Assembly (NCBI GenBank): GCA_024704765.1 | Contig: JAKMXF010000222.1 | Coordinates: 620,001 to 684,000 of the forward strand | Direction of reading: 5' to 3' | Source: Oopsacas minuta | Taxonomy: Eukaryota > Animalia > Porifera | Length of the DNA: 64,000 bases | In this document: piece after piece, positions 36,201-51,200 of the stretch | Layout: every line of letters starts with the position of its first letter | Position numbering within the stretch: position 1 is the first letter of the stretch | Made by a program: the position numbers and the translations under genes | Notes under the pieces: generated by a model | Told to the model about the DNA's origin: nothing | What the model saw: only the letters and a program-made list of their open reading frames with translations | The model's database searches: none

Positions 36201-39200
36201 AGCATAATTTTACAAAAGTCTATCCTGGACTGTTTTGCTCTAATGTTAAAGAATCTGGGATCCATCGGGCACATAGCTTCCTGACACAAAACTCTTTGTG
36301 CAAAATAAGATTAATAGTCCCGATGAAAACTTTCATACCCTAACGGAGCGTAAGCTATATGAGGGACTTTGTTAATCTGGCCTAGATCAACATTACTCTC
36401 GTTATGTACAAGATTTGGTCTTCCTGAACGAGGAGCATCCTCAAGGTTATATAGTTATAGAGTTATGACATTACAAATTATTGAAAGTTTTCTATTTTTT
36501 AGAAACTGCAACTCGTATATAATCGTCAGCTTAATCGAATCGCGACAAAGAATTCAACTTTTAGACAAAAAGAAGTGGAGAATTCATTAAAATATAATTG
36601 AATTGATTCACACACATATACAGCCTCAAACTGTAACTGAAACTGTTATCGGAAGTGAAACCGTAACTATGACATTGCATTCGGGGAGATTTCAGGAACC
36701 TAAATTTGAACGTTATATTTTATAGATTGGAATGTGTTTTCAGAATGTGGCAAGTTTCTTGAACTTCCCAATCCCCAAAGGTTCCTTTGAAGTTATTATC
36801 AATTTTCTTTCACTGACCATCAATTTTCAAATATTGCAAAAAATCAAATTGAATTAAATATGTAATGAGGTTGGCTTTGCCAACACAGATTAAAGGTATT
36901 TCCCGTTATTCATTTACCTACTCAAAGTTGAATTTCTTTCACAATTCATGTACATATCTATGATATTGTCAAATAGAAAGAATTTCTAAAATAGCCAAAA
37001 GATCTAGGCATGATGTTACACACTAAAATTACTTTATATTACTGTTCGTCTAATTAACTCTTTCTCTCAACTCATTTCTCTCTGCAATATATTGGGGATC
37101 GGGATCAGTTAGTATGCACTTCCGTGCACTTTTAGACAGGCCCGGATTAACCTATAAGCCAACTAAGTCATGGCTTAGGCCCCACCCTTAGGGGGCCACA
37201 CCAGTGTCGGGTCCCGGAGTGGGATAGGGATGTATACCCCTCAGGATATTTATACACTATCTAGAAAGTTCGTGTTATTCAATTGTGGGTTATTGAACTA
37301 AAATTACAAACATTAAATTTTTGGGGTCGCTTCGCTCAATATAATGTTCTATCACCCAAATCTCAGGTATATACTTCTATGTGTTAGACATGAATTAAAC
37401 TAAAGACAACATTATTATAAGGAAAATTTGCTGAATAGGATCAACGAAACTTAAAGTTCTGGAAATTTATGCCTCGTTTAGGGAACAAGCAGGGGTTTTC
37501 CAGGAATTTCTGGGCCGGCACTTTTTCTGAATGGTAACTATTGATCCGTACAAATTGTAGCCACGTTCGGCACTTTTCTCCTTCATGGCTGCTGAATTGG
37601 CACCTTTACTTGCCATTGGGTTGATTTCTGCAATAAAAATTAGCATCAAAACAGTAGTTCCTGAATTGTTAATGAGAAATCTCAGCATAGTTGACCGAAT
37701 TATATAATATTTGATAATAATATGACTTATACAAGTCCAACAGTGTCAAAATCTCATATTTTGAGGTTGTAGACGGGGACAAGTAATACCAGAAGATCAA
37801 CGTACACGAAATGTTCGCAGGCCGCATAAAATAAGGGTGCGCTGCTTAGTTATAACATTTAATGATAAAATTGTAAAGGGGCGAGGACACCTAGAAAAGG
37901 CCTTTCGCAAGAGCTTCCAGAAGCGGGTATGAAGGGCGATCTTCGGCTAGTAATGGTGAAAATCTAGTTGTATAATACGCGTATAACGTAGAATACGGTA
38001 TATGTGATCTATTTAAACGCATTATACGTCTAGGTTGATCTCGAAATAGGAGATTTTGGCATTGTCAGACTTGTATAAATCACACTATTATTAAATATTA
38101 TATAATTTGGTGAACTAAGCTGATATATCCAATTAACAATTCCAGATGTACTGTATAACTCAAAAAGTTTAGTGTATAAATATTTGAAACTTCGCCAACA
38201 TAAACGTCATCTATTCAGAAATAAATGTATAAACTATCAGGTTAGAAATCAACCAGGAAGATTGTCGTTTAAAAGATAGAGTGATGCTCACTCACCAAAA
38301 ATTTGCGATATTTACAATTTGTATTTGATAATAAACGTTATTTTTATACCAATGATGTATGATTCAGACATCGGAAGTACTTTAAATTTAATTTAGTTCT
38401 GTGCTCAGTTGAATAATTATCAATTATACCATTTACGTATCAGTGGTTCTCAATCTGTGTAACTCAGAACGTTGTTAGTCCACCAAAATTACACTGACAT
38501 ATAGCAAATTTATTTAAATTGCTTTCAAGTGCTAATTTTCTACCATCTGGACTTGAAAATGCAAAATTACAACAACAAGAATCCTTTAACACCAATATTT
38601 ATATATATACATGGTTTACAAAAGCTCAATTGACGCTTGACAAGCGTGCCTTGAAAAATATCGAAGAATTTAGTGTGCTTGAGGACCACAAAGGTCAGAA
38701 AACTGTCATATAAGGTCATTTTCAAAATTGCCGCCATAATTTTCTGAGATATGACATCGAAATGTATTATCAGGGCATGGGAAGTTGATATATAGAAATT
38801 ATTAAGCGGACATTGCCTTATGTATAGAATTCTATTTTATGTTATTTTTGGCAAGAATATTCATAGAAATTTAGAAATACAATATAGTGGAAGACGCTTA
38901 ATCGGGACAGCTCGGGAGTCAATGTTTTCTCCCAATTAACCGATTATGATTATTTAAGTATTCAAAACTAGTTTTTATGGTCACATGACCAGAAATATCT
39001 TATTTCAATAATACTAATCCTGATATATATAGGATCTAGTAGAGATTTGGTTGTAGTAAGGTTTGTCCGCTTGAAGGGTCCATAAATGCGTTAAGATATT
39101 TAAGTAGAAGGTAATTATTTAAAGTTAAAACAATAATACACGTACTTATTATTGCAACCGATGCAAAAAGTTAGAATATCCAACAGTCTGGTCATTATTG

Positions 39201-42200
39201 AGGGGATTATACATGGTGGAATAGAGAATGGAACCTGAGGCGAGTGAGCAAAGTGAAAAATCTTAGTTTAGAAAAGGGTATTGTTGTATTTTGATTTTTG
39301 TAGATGATATTCAAATTCCTAGTTTTGAAAACAAAGTATTTTACAATGATTCAGAATAAATATACAATTGTTTAATTGGGATAAAAATCCTGATTAACCG
39401 ATTCGATGTCCCAATTATCCGACGATTCTTCTATGTAAAAAATCTGTTCCCAAACCATTGTCCCGTTTTAGCGGATATCCCGATTAACCGAGTCCCGATT
39501 AAGCGGCTTCCACTGTATATCTAAAATATGTGAAATTTGAAAATTATGAGGTGTAAAGAATACTGGTGGCATATTTAGAATCAGTACAATTGTTTTGGTC
39601 TAGAAAATATCAGCCTCATTAGTCGTTGTGTTTTGACGAAATTATCCCCCTACAGAATTGATCTGGGGCACCAATTCGTCAAATTTAACGAAAATAGTCC
39701 CACCAGATCAATTCTGTATGGGGATCATTTTCGTCAAAACAGTTGGCCAGCGTAATTAAGCGAATACTGCCGGGAAAAATGTAAATTTTATGCCGTCAAA
39801 AAGGTGCTAAAATCTCGTTTTTGGTGCGGGAATTGGTAAAATCGAAGTCGTAAAATTAAGGATTCCTTTTTACTACGAACGTAAACTTCCAACGTGATCT
39901 AGTTAATAGTGTAATCAAAGCCATCATGTGATTAGCTTCCTCCATCTTGGTAGGACTGTATACGATTTCGGCGAGCGCATTAGGCCATATACACTATCCC
40001 GGTGCCTTGGGAATGTGCCCAGGCGGTCCCTACCTAGTCACGAATATGATTAAGTTTGAAGTAATCTAGTATTGGGGTATCTAATGAATTTTGTAACATA
40101 CAATGTTCTTGGAGGTGGTGGTGGTATTGAGGGATCAATATCTTCAAGGTCTTCAGCTAGATTTACTGAGGAAATGGGTAGAGTAGGAGGTTCAACACCA
40201 GCGTATATATCTTCTACACTTGGTATAGAATCTTCGTATGAAAATCCAGTTTCCTTCAGACCAATAATCTTTTTGGGAGATGCATATAACTGTAGGAAAA
40301 TCAATAAGTAAATTAACAGGGTTGAAACAAACCCTAATAATAGCTATGCCTTAACATAAAAGTAGGAAAATCTGATTAGTAGATGGGGCTGAATGGACGA
40401 TGGAAAATGGTGGGAAAGATGGAATTTCGTAGAAATTACTGAATGGTGGAAAATTGTGGGAAATATTTGAGTGGTGGAAATTACTTAATGATGGAACCTG
40501 TGGAATTGGAACGCGAGCACCAAAAAGCACAAATATACAACTCAACATGTTCAGCATAAATCATAAAGATCTATGAAACACAATCCGAAAATAACTGATC
40601 CTTATCAGACAAATCTCTAGGATTTATGTTTAACATGTTAAGTTATATATTTGTGCTTGTTTAGGTACCTGCTACTCCGTATCAAATTCCCTAAGGTAAT
40701 CTTCCACGTTTCAGGAGCTTTCGATCATTTTCCACCTGTAAATAAATTATATAATTTCAACTGTTTTAGATTCATAAAATAACAATAGATTTACAGATGA
40801 GAAACTTGAAAATGGGAAGTTCGGATTCAGGGTACTCTGTTACCCATTGAAGTCGTTAAGAGGAAGTCTCTACGTGTATTTTGAGATTTCAACCATTAGT
40901 TTACTTAATATGAATAAAATATAAAATTACAACCTGTGCCGACAGTTTAGTCTATTCTTTAAATTTATTTAGAAAGTGGCACTATTAATTGCAGGCACAA
41001 TGAAACGTTAGGTTTAATTCCAATACACATAGTGCCACTTTCAAAACAAAGTTAATTAATAGACTAAGCTGTCGGCACAAGTTGTATTTTATATTTTTCC
41101 TCGCTCCGAAGGATTTCAATCCATCAAACAATGATCATCCAGTCCATATAATGTCCAATTTGTTTGCAGAATTATTGGTTGACTAAATAATATTAATAGA
41201 AGGGAATTCTAGAAGAGATTTGATCTGTATAAATTCAAGAGTGCGAAAATTGGAATCAGCGTATTGAATTACACACTTTTGCTGTTTAGAACAATCTTCT
41301 CCGATTATTCAAAGGTAATATAATCGAGGAAATACATATCTTTTAAATGATCCATTGTTCATTTGAAATATATTTATTTATAAATATTATAAAATAATTA
41401 AAGCAATTGTTAAACTAGATATTCAATGAATCTATATTATATACAGCACTAGAAGAACCTATTGTAATAAATATTTAACATCCAAGAACAATAGAATTAT
41501 TACCGATGACATGCTATATGTAACACATTATATTAATTGTTCAGGCCAATTTTAGATGCACATTATGGTTGGATAGTGGCGTCTATTTCTTTAACTTGTG
41601 GGAAAACAAAGAGTCATTCCAAAATTTTGGAGAGCTATTATCTGAAGAAATTTTTTGTGAATCTTCAGAATGTCTTTTGGTCAAGAAATTATGGATAAAA
41701 TTTTGCTGGTGGTATAAATGATCAAAAGTCTGATGATTGTGTCGTAGGAAATTAACTTAAATTAATACTCAGTAGATTATCTGTGACTTTGAGTATAACT
41801 TTGGGCTCTGAAACGAAAATGGAGTAGTCAATGGAGTGTACACGTGTAAAGAATATAAAATTACAACCTGTGCCGAAAGCTTAGTCAGTAAATAAATTTT
41901 GTTTAAATTTTATTGATAGGCACTATTAATTGGAGGCACTAGGTTTATTGGGATTAAACCTAACATTCATAGCGCCTCCAATCAATAGTGCCACTTTTAA
42001 CAAATTTAATTGGTAGACTAAGCTGTCGGCACAGTTAGTAATTTTATACTTTAAAAATTCCCAATGCTAATATATGTACTTCTTAGTTTGCCAAAACAAG
42101 CGAAAATCGTGCAGATATCTTCGGTGAAAATAGCTTAGAGATTTCTGTACATTGTTATTATTAAAAGCAAGTAGAAGAAGGTGAATCGTATAACAAATGT

Positions 42201-45200
42201 TTGATAAATAAATTTAGTCTAAAATTTTATGACCTCCTTGAAGGTCAACAACATCTCAGATATACGTATGTATATGGACTCAATATTGCAGTAACAGTCC
42301 AGTTTTGCATGAATCATATATACATATTTGTAGAACATCACATTTTATACCGATAAATACTAAAAACTTTCAAGAATGTGCCAAAATATGTGCCTAGTAA
42401 GCATTAATTTAGTTAAAATTATCATACATTGATGCCTTAGCACCTTAAATATTGTATTTATCATCTCATAGTGAATATATGAAGACAAAATATCAAAATT
42501 TTGTCATACAAAAGTTCAATTGTTTTTGAGTTACGGTAGAGGCCATGGATGACAAAATTTTATGAATATTCAATTATAACTCGAGAATCGTTAACATTAT
42601 GGTAAGATCAAATAGCCAATTTATATATTATATACCTCACGCTTGTAACACATTTTATGCCTCGTAACAATGTGACGATGCCTATTAATGCTCATTTTCA
42701 AGATTGCGCAATATTCTTCAATTATTTCATATCAAAATGTAGTACAAGGGTATGGGAAGTTGGGGATATAGCATAAATTGGATATTTATGCCATATCCCC
42801 ACCAGTGTACACTAATCAATTTAATCAATGAATGTACACTCTTCAACTTTTTTCCCATTTCTTCGTTCAACTCATTATTGTTCACCATTAATTATACAAA
42901 GGTGGATCTAAGTAAACAACGATTTTTAAATCACGATTGGTTCACTAGCAAGAGGCCTTTAATCTTGTCCAAATTTGAATAGTGACCACACGTTAATTTA
43001 TTAATAGATGTATTAACTTTAAAACAGTGAATTATTTAAGTATTATCTTACTTTATTATTTTTCAGCGATCATTGCTATCACCGATCATACATTGAATAG
43101 TTGTCTTTTGTTAGATCCAATTAGTGCCCCATAGCGATCATGGGTAGATGTTTGATATGGAATTTAATATAAACCGCCGCTGACCTTGACCCGATGATAT
43201 CGATGATCGTATAATATATCCCGTAAATTTAAAAAAATTATTATTCATTTTACAGCAATTACGGAACAAGTGATGTAAAAACCAAATATTATAATATTAG
43301 CTGAAGTTTTGGATGATGAATTGGTCCTTGTAATGTTTGGCAGCAAGATGCGCAATTTCGCTTACAAGAGGTCCATCAAAATTATGATGAATAATAGGTT
43401 CTTCCAACAATGGTTGCTTCTAAAGAATCGCCATATGATGAACTGCACAGGCAACAATAATAGTGCAAGCCTTGTCTGGAGCCATACGGATCTCACCATG
43501 TAAACAGTAAAGTATATGTTTCCATCTTCCAAACGTTTGTTCCTATCAATCAATACACTTGTTTTGCTGTATACATAATTGTAATTTCTTGAGCAGTAGT
43601 AGAACGTTGCCGATATGATGTCAAAAAACACTTTTTCATCGTATAACCACTATCTCTTAACAAGTGTTATCCAATCGTAAAGTTATTTTCTACTTATGCT
43701 CCAGCTTGTGATAGTATCAAAAACGTGAATCATGCACTATACCTGGAAACCTCGCAAATAAATCGGAAAATCTACCATCAGGTAGACAAATTACCTGAGC
43801 AATGGATAATATAAAATTAACTTCGAGACACATAGTACCGAGTAAACCCTGTAGCGTAGTGACCAAAATCATGTGCTTGTTCGTGTGCTTGTTTTCGTTC
43901 GGTACATCTATAAATCAGATTTTAAAGATGAATTTGTATTTGTGAACTAATTGACTTGCAAACACGTGGAATCGATATTTACAATAAAGTAAGTTCCTTC
44001 ATCAAACATGAAGGCCTTAGATATGAAAACTATTATCTATTTGCCAGTTAGTGCTCCAGCAATGCTTGGTTGTGGTTCTGGATTCATGAAAAACATAAAA
44101 TAATCTGCACCGTATGTTACAGGAAATCACTGTATGATTTATAGAGAAGCATTGCCATCAAAGACTTTTCCTGATGCAATGAAATGTGTTTTTCAAGTTT
44201 CCATAAAAATTGTAAATTACATTAAATCAAGTGCTCTTGAATACTCGGCTTTTCCAAAATCTATGTTTTGATATGGATGCAACGCACAAAACGCTTTTGT
44301 ACCACACAGAGGTTCGTTGGTTGTCAAAGGGAAGTGTATCTAAGCTTCTTCTTGATTTACATGGAGAAGTTCAAGAGTTTTTAGGTTGCAAAATAAAGAA
44401 GACTGGGTTGCACTATTTAATGATAATTCTTGGCTTGACCCTCTCTTATCTCCCTGATATCTTCGAAAAGCTAAATATCCTCAAACTTTCATTACAAGGA
44501 AAAGAAAGTTACATAATTGATTTTGTGGAGAAGCTAACTGCTTTCCAAAGTATGCTTGAACTGTGGATAAGGAAAATCGAAGATGGGATAATTGGCCTTG
44601 TTTCTAGGGTCACAAATTTAATTGAAATCCATGATTATCGATTACCTGATGAGTTGAGATGCAATTATTTTACACTTCAAAGTTATGAAGGATGAATTTA
44701 CGCGATATTTCCCAGAAATTAGGAAATCAGACTTTAATTTAGTTCGAAACCCTTTTGAGCAAAAAGTGGAAGATTGCATTACAGATGATCAGGATTTCAA
44801 ACGGGCGATGATCGTTGCGAACGATGGATATAAATTAGTATGGAAATACCTTATACAACATTGGTCACTTTACAAATCCTGAAAAGTCACCTTGCGATTA
44901 AACTAATACTAACCAAGTTGTTCATCGTTCGGAGCGATCATCGCCCATTAGACAAACTCTAATTTTATTTTATTATTCTTATTCTATCATTTCCTAAGTT
45001 GTATAATTCGCGTATAACGTATAATACGTTACACATGGTCTATTTGTACGTATTATATTTTCAGGATAAACTCGAAATAGGAGATTTTGACATAGCTAGA
45101 CTTGAAAAATCATAATCATTATCAAGTATTATAAAATTTGGACAGTTATGCTAAGATTTCTCGATAACAATTCAAGCACTACTGTTTTCATGCAAACTAT

Positions 45201-48200
45201 CTAGTACAGAATTCAGCCCAACAGAAGTTACGTCACCAAAATTGTAGATTGAACGTATAATAGGTATTATAGAATAGGTATTAAAGGAAATACGTCTTCA
45301 TTTGAAAGACGTATTAAATAACTCGTATTATTTCAATACTGGGTCACCTTATTAGCTTTGTTTGGGACAGTAAAAGGATTGATAACTGCATAAATAAATA
45401 TATAAGATGGGTTGGTATTGCGAGAATGATATTAATTAATGATACCTACCTATATTCAAGCAATTCGTGTCTATAATAAATGTTTCATCAATCATCAATT
45501 CATAATAGTAATAAGTTTGTACTTAAGTCCAAACTTAGTAAGGTCAAACTTAAGCAGGCCCGGTTAGAACAATTTTCATTGGTCCGCCAATGGCCGCACC
45601 AGTCGTACCGGCTCCGCCGGCCATGTTAAATTCGATCTTAGTGCTTAACTTCTTAGTGAATACGGCGGCAGTTATTTTCCGCCACTTTCCATTATTCAGT
45701 CATTTCCACCATTTTCCCTATTCAGTCAGACAACCAACAGCCGCTAACTCGAATGCCTGTCAACTCAAACATCCGTTATCTCGAACGAATTTTCATTTTC
45801 CTTCGTTTTGCTCATCGGTTTGTATAATAAACAGTTTGCTATCTCGAATGCCGGTTAACTCGAACATTCACCATTTCGAAAGAATAGTTTTTCCCTTCAT
45901 ATTTTAGTACTTCTGGCCAGTGTTCCTCCTAAGCCAAGTTATGGGTCACATTTGGTCGGCCTCATGGCCTGTTTTATCGGCCGAAAACTATCTAATGCGG
46001 CAAAGTTCCTGCTGGAGATTACGACACTTTTCAGAATATACAAATGAAACCCAACATCAATATTGCCGAATTATATAAAAATATTGTAATTGTTAATTGG
46101 TCATGTAAAATTAGCATTGAGTGTAGAAAATAAAATTCGAAAGAATGTAATAAACCAGTACTCCACAGGGAAAATCGCGCAAACTTTAGATTATGATTGG
46201 CTATAGGAAATTTTGAAATATTCATTTTGATCGGCTGCAGGTCCGAATTAACCGGCCGTCGGAATGCCAAATTGCCGTTTTGGGCGGCCAGCCGGCCGGT
46301 CAAAACGCTTAGAGGGAACACTGCTTCTGGCATCCGTTAACTCGAACATTCTTTATATTGAACAGATTTGATTACCCCCTCAGGGTTCGAGTTACCGCAT
46401 GTTAACTGTATAGCATATTCATTAAGAATCTAATTACTTTTGAATTTTTGAAATGATAACAAAAAACTGAATAGGTAGTAAAAAATTCAGCTATTAATCA
46501 TTTGAAACAGTTTCGCAGGGGAAATTGGGACCTTAAATGGAGGCTATCCGTTAACTCGAACATTCGATATCTCGAAACGATTTTGATTTCCCCTGAGGGT
46601 TCGAGTTACCGAATATTGACTGGATTGATAATATGATTCTTAAAGCATTGGCGTCGATTTCGATTGAGGGATCCATTCAAGATAGGGGGTAAAAATAACA
46701 TGTTTAACCTCATATACTAAGTTCGGAGCCCTAATGAGAAGAAGATTAGCTGGGCCAGTGTGCCACGGTGTAACAATAAGCCTCGCTTAGAGACTACAAT
46801 GAGAGTAAATATAATGTCCAGAAATTACATTAGTAGTCTCCAATTAATATTTCTAGCGATCGAGATTTATGATTTCGAGTCTAGTAAAAGAAAAGAAGTA
46901 TTTAGTTAAGTTTAGGTTAGAAACGTAATGAATCCCCAGCAGATTATCAATCAAATTTATCAATAAAACATATAATTCATTTTCAATAAAAGATTATAGA
47001 ACTCACGTCTTCCATAACTAGTAAATTTTTTGCATTCTCTTGTTCAGTTGTTGGAGTAACTTGAAGCGAAACATCTAAGTCACGAATATCTGAGAACTCG
47101 GATAGATGTTTATCTAATTCAGCCTTCATCTTTTCCATATCCTTTATGAATAATTAAGTATTAATGAATTAATAAAAACAATCGAACTTCGCTTTCTTGC
47201 GCTACGCGCCTCGCGAACACTTCGGGTACTCTTGTATTCTTATTGATATATGGGCCGTAACCATTGATGAATTTTTGCAACCTAATCGAATTGGGTTAAA
47301 GCATAACATAATATGATAGGGTAATGTTACTACAATTGGTAAACCCTTAAATCTGATGGGTCAATAAATTTTGACACCTATCTCAAGAGAGCTTTTGAGA
47401 TATCGCTTAGATCTTAGAAATCGTTCCTAGATTATCACATTCCACACACATGCCAAATTTCAAATCTCTAGCTTTTATCAGTTCATCAATCAATTCGGGA
47501 CAAAAAAACAAAAAACTCATCCACAAATTGTATATAGGATATATATCCGCTAAATGGGTTCGGTCGATAAGAAAATATCCATTAAATGATCAGTACTGTT
47601 TCGTAACAAAATGACTACTATTTATAAGGTCATTTTGTTACAGCCTCTGTAACAAAACGACTTGATAAATGTTATAATGCTAAAGTACTAATAACAAGAT
47701 TTTGTATACATATACTATATACATTTCAGTTGAATAACTTGTCATTTTCAATAATGGAGGAAGAATTTTATTCGTATTTATTACCATACCTCACTTTGAA
47801 GACCCCCAACTCTATCTGATTCGTTGAAACAAAAGATCCGGAGGAATTTTGAAAATCGTACATTAACGAAATGGCCTGTTATATAAAACGCATGGCAAAT
47901 TTGAAACTCTGGTATTAAGACGCCATCAAGTACCAGACATACTCAAGGAATGCCATAATGACATCGGGCGACACAAAGGGATTCATGGCACTCATAATAT
48001 CATTGAACACAGATACTATTGGTCCAACACGTTTCGAGTAATAAAGGTGTATGGAAGTTTATAATATTTATTGGTGAAATTATTATGATCATAATCTATA
48101 TTATTAAATCTCATTGTTGTCTGTTTGTTTGTCCGTTGTTAAGAAAAGGATTTACGGTATGCAATTTTGAAATTGTCGCATTTATCAAGGAAGTAAATAT

Positions 48201-51200
48201 AATTCAATAAAACTTCATTAAATATATCGAACATGCTGGATCCGATTTTCACTCTTGGATTAATCATATGTAAATTTATTGTTGTTTTATGAATATAAAG
48301 TAACCCATTAGGCAAATCTCAAAATATACCTACAGGCTTGCTCTAAACGGCTACACAGGGGTAAGTAATCTAGTGGGGGATTATCTTGAATAGAGGAGTA
48401 TATTCTGGACTAGCTTACTTCATACCCGGAGGTATATCCCATCTCTTCAGTTAGGCTGTAGATACCTTGTTGTTCGGGAAGGCTGTACAATAACTTTAAT
48501 GCCCTTAGAGTACCCGATTCGGTTATTCACCATATTCGAATTGCTATTTAGTAACTTAAATGGCGAGGACCATGGATATTCGAAAATTTTCAATTATAGT
48601 TGGAGTGCACATAGTTATATTATAGTAAATTGAGTTATCCATAAACGAGAATAATTAAGAATAATTTTGCATGTAAAGGAACCAGAAAGAGGTTGCCATC
48701 AACTTTCAAAAGTTGTTTCTAGGGCAACCTAAATCGGATAAGGATATGAATGCAAGTAAATAGGATTATTCATCTTCACGTCCAAGGCAAGCCTTTATGT
48801 GAGTAATATCAATTACATGGCCAATTTTGTGACTCTTCAATCGAAAAGATAACATATCTGAATCTAATTTCCACATTTTCAAGGTAATCATTTGTAAACG
48901 TATGTAGTATCCGATCTCCAGGAATAATAACTAACTTGTTCATCCTTATCATGATTATTCAAATCAACAGACATTAAATGTTGAAGCTTGGTAGTCTCCT
49001 GCAATAAAATGTCTAAACTTTCACTCTTGGTGATAAAGTTTCTATCTGGGATTTGTTGAGCAACTTCTTGTGCATCATTCAGGATGTCGTATTCACTCGT
49101 TGGCTAGAAAAAGATAAATAAATATGGTAATACATTGTAGGCAGGGGTGGGGCTAAGGGGGGCTAAGGTGACGACCACAACAAGTCTATGGTTTACAAAT
49201 GATGTAGTGAACACTTTATTAATGAAAAACTAGTAAAAAGGACCGAATCTGAAGATAGCCTAGGGCCCTAAACTACGTTAATCCAGCCCTAGTCATATAT
49301 TTATAGCCATTAGATTCAATAAGATGCAATGTTCGCAAATGATCTGGCATAAGTATTTTATTACAGAAAATTCACCTTTAGAGCCTGCAATCTATACATA
49401 TAGTAAACGAAATTATTATTACGAGGCAGTTGTAGGACTCGTATATACTAAATATCTTTCTTATGATAGTATAAAGTAGGTGGATGCGATATAATTGCAC
49501 TTTAGAATTCTACAATTGATTATCTAAATCTCACAACATAGACTACTTAATACTATGGACTGTCGACTCTCAACCTCGGGTAATTCGAACTCGCGTCCAA
49601 TGAAATCTCAATAACTATCAAGTGACAAGTGTATTGTTATTTACAGTGACGGCGGAAAGAAATTGTATCTAAGGGAGCTAACTTGTTCAATGATATCAAT
49701 CGATACTGGGTGTTACGATTGGCTGCAATTAAGTTATTACAGTACAACCTGAATTAGTGGAGTCTGTATAAATGGGGAACACATATAAGCGGGACAAATT
49801 TGGTCACATCTTTGTGCACTTTATAGAAATGAACATCAAAAGCGGGGAATGGGGTGATTTCATAATATTCTCCGTCCGACCACCTACACTTAAGATGTTC
49901 AACTTTAGAAACTATGTACATGAGTACGCGTAGCTAGGGGGTTGCTAAGACCTGCTAGCAACCCCGTATCAATCCCTCGATTACTAGGGATGCTAGCACA
50001 CTTTGTATAACTAGAACCGCAGAGCAATTTTTAATATTAGCAAAAGCGTATATTTGTATATCCAGAATTGATTGAAGAAACTGAAATACTCCCAGGGCTT
50101 ATTTTTGGTACAGGAGGGTACCTTGGGCCTGGTTCAGAAATTTTCGAGTCTTGGAACAAAATTCACACCAATGACGAAATTATGAAGCAATTGTCTCTTT
50201 GGAATTTCAACATTGTTATCCACTCCTCACCCACTATACACGTTAGATGGTTGAAAATTGAAACACAGGTACCTCTCAATATTTCAAATGTCCTGACTTC
50301 ATGACTTTGACCAAATGCAAACTCATCATGGAATTATTACGTCATTATGACTCCACAAAAAAATCAATTTTTCCGAATTTGATTATTTTTCGCACAAAAT
50401 GCCCAGATTACTAACCAAAAACCACGTGAGAGCTCCAGTATGACTACAGAAGGTCATTAATTGGAGTTTGGATAGATCATGAATAATAACAAATTTAAAA
50501 AATTAGCCTCGAGGCACGTATTGCCGAGTATACCCGGTAACTTAACGACCCAAAAGCACTGACAAATTTAGTTGTTTAATACTAATGCTAAAACAAGGCA
50601 CAAAGCTGAAGGATACGTCCGCCCGTTGCGCAGCGACCTAACAAGCGAAGCACGCTAGTTATTCAGAATTTATAATATATATTAGCCTTATTCTTATTGT
50701 AAGCTTCAATTAAATATTCAGGATTGAATAGTATTGTAGATATATTTATGGTACACTACACACCGGGTGGAAGGAATGCATTTGGACATAATATTAATAG
50801 GAAGGAAATTAAAAAGTAGACGGAGAAATGTTAATATGGAGAAATGGTAGTGCGGTTCGATTGCTAGGTTGTTGAGCGAAAACTTATTGCTTAGGATTTG
50901 GCTCGTCCGAATTTTAAATGTTGGCATTAGCTGACTAGTATTTTTTATTACGGATCAAGAAATATATCCAGGGAATTTTCATTCGGTGTAATATTCGTAC
51001 ATAGTACGTATGTCAATATAAGGTCGATTACTGTATCCACTTTCCCACACCATTGTATGCTTTATCGACGAACTCTGGTTTAACGACCTGTAGGGGTGTC
51101 ACAAACCCCGAAAAGGGGGCCCCCAGGGCATACAGACCCACAGGGTACGCCCCTGTCGAAAGTATGTGAGTTTTTACAATGAACTTAGCAAGTAAGAAAT

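Noticed and set aside
37467-37688. Independent 73-aa gene
   Set aside because: No recognisable domain, and the N-terminal part looks like an intron 3' end.
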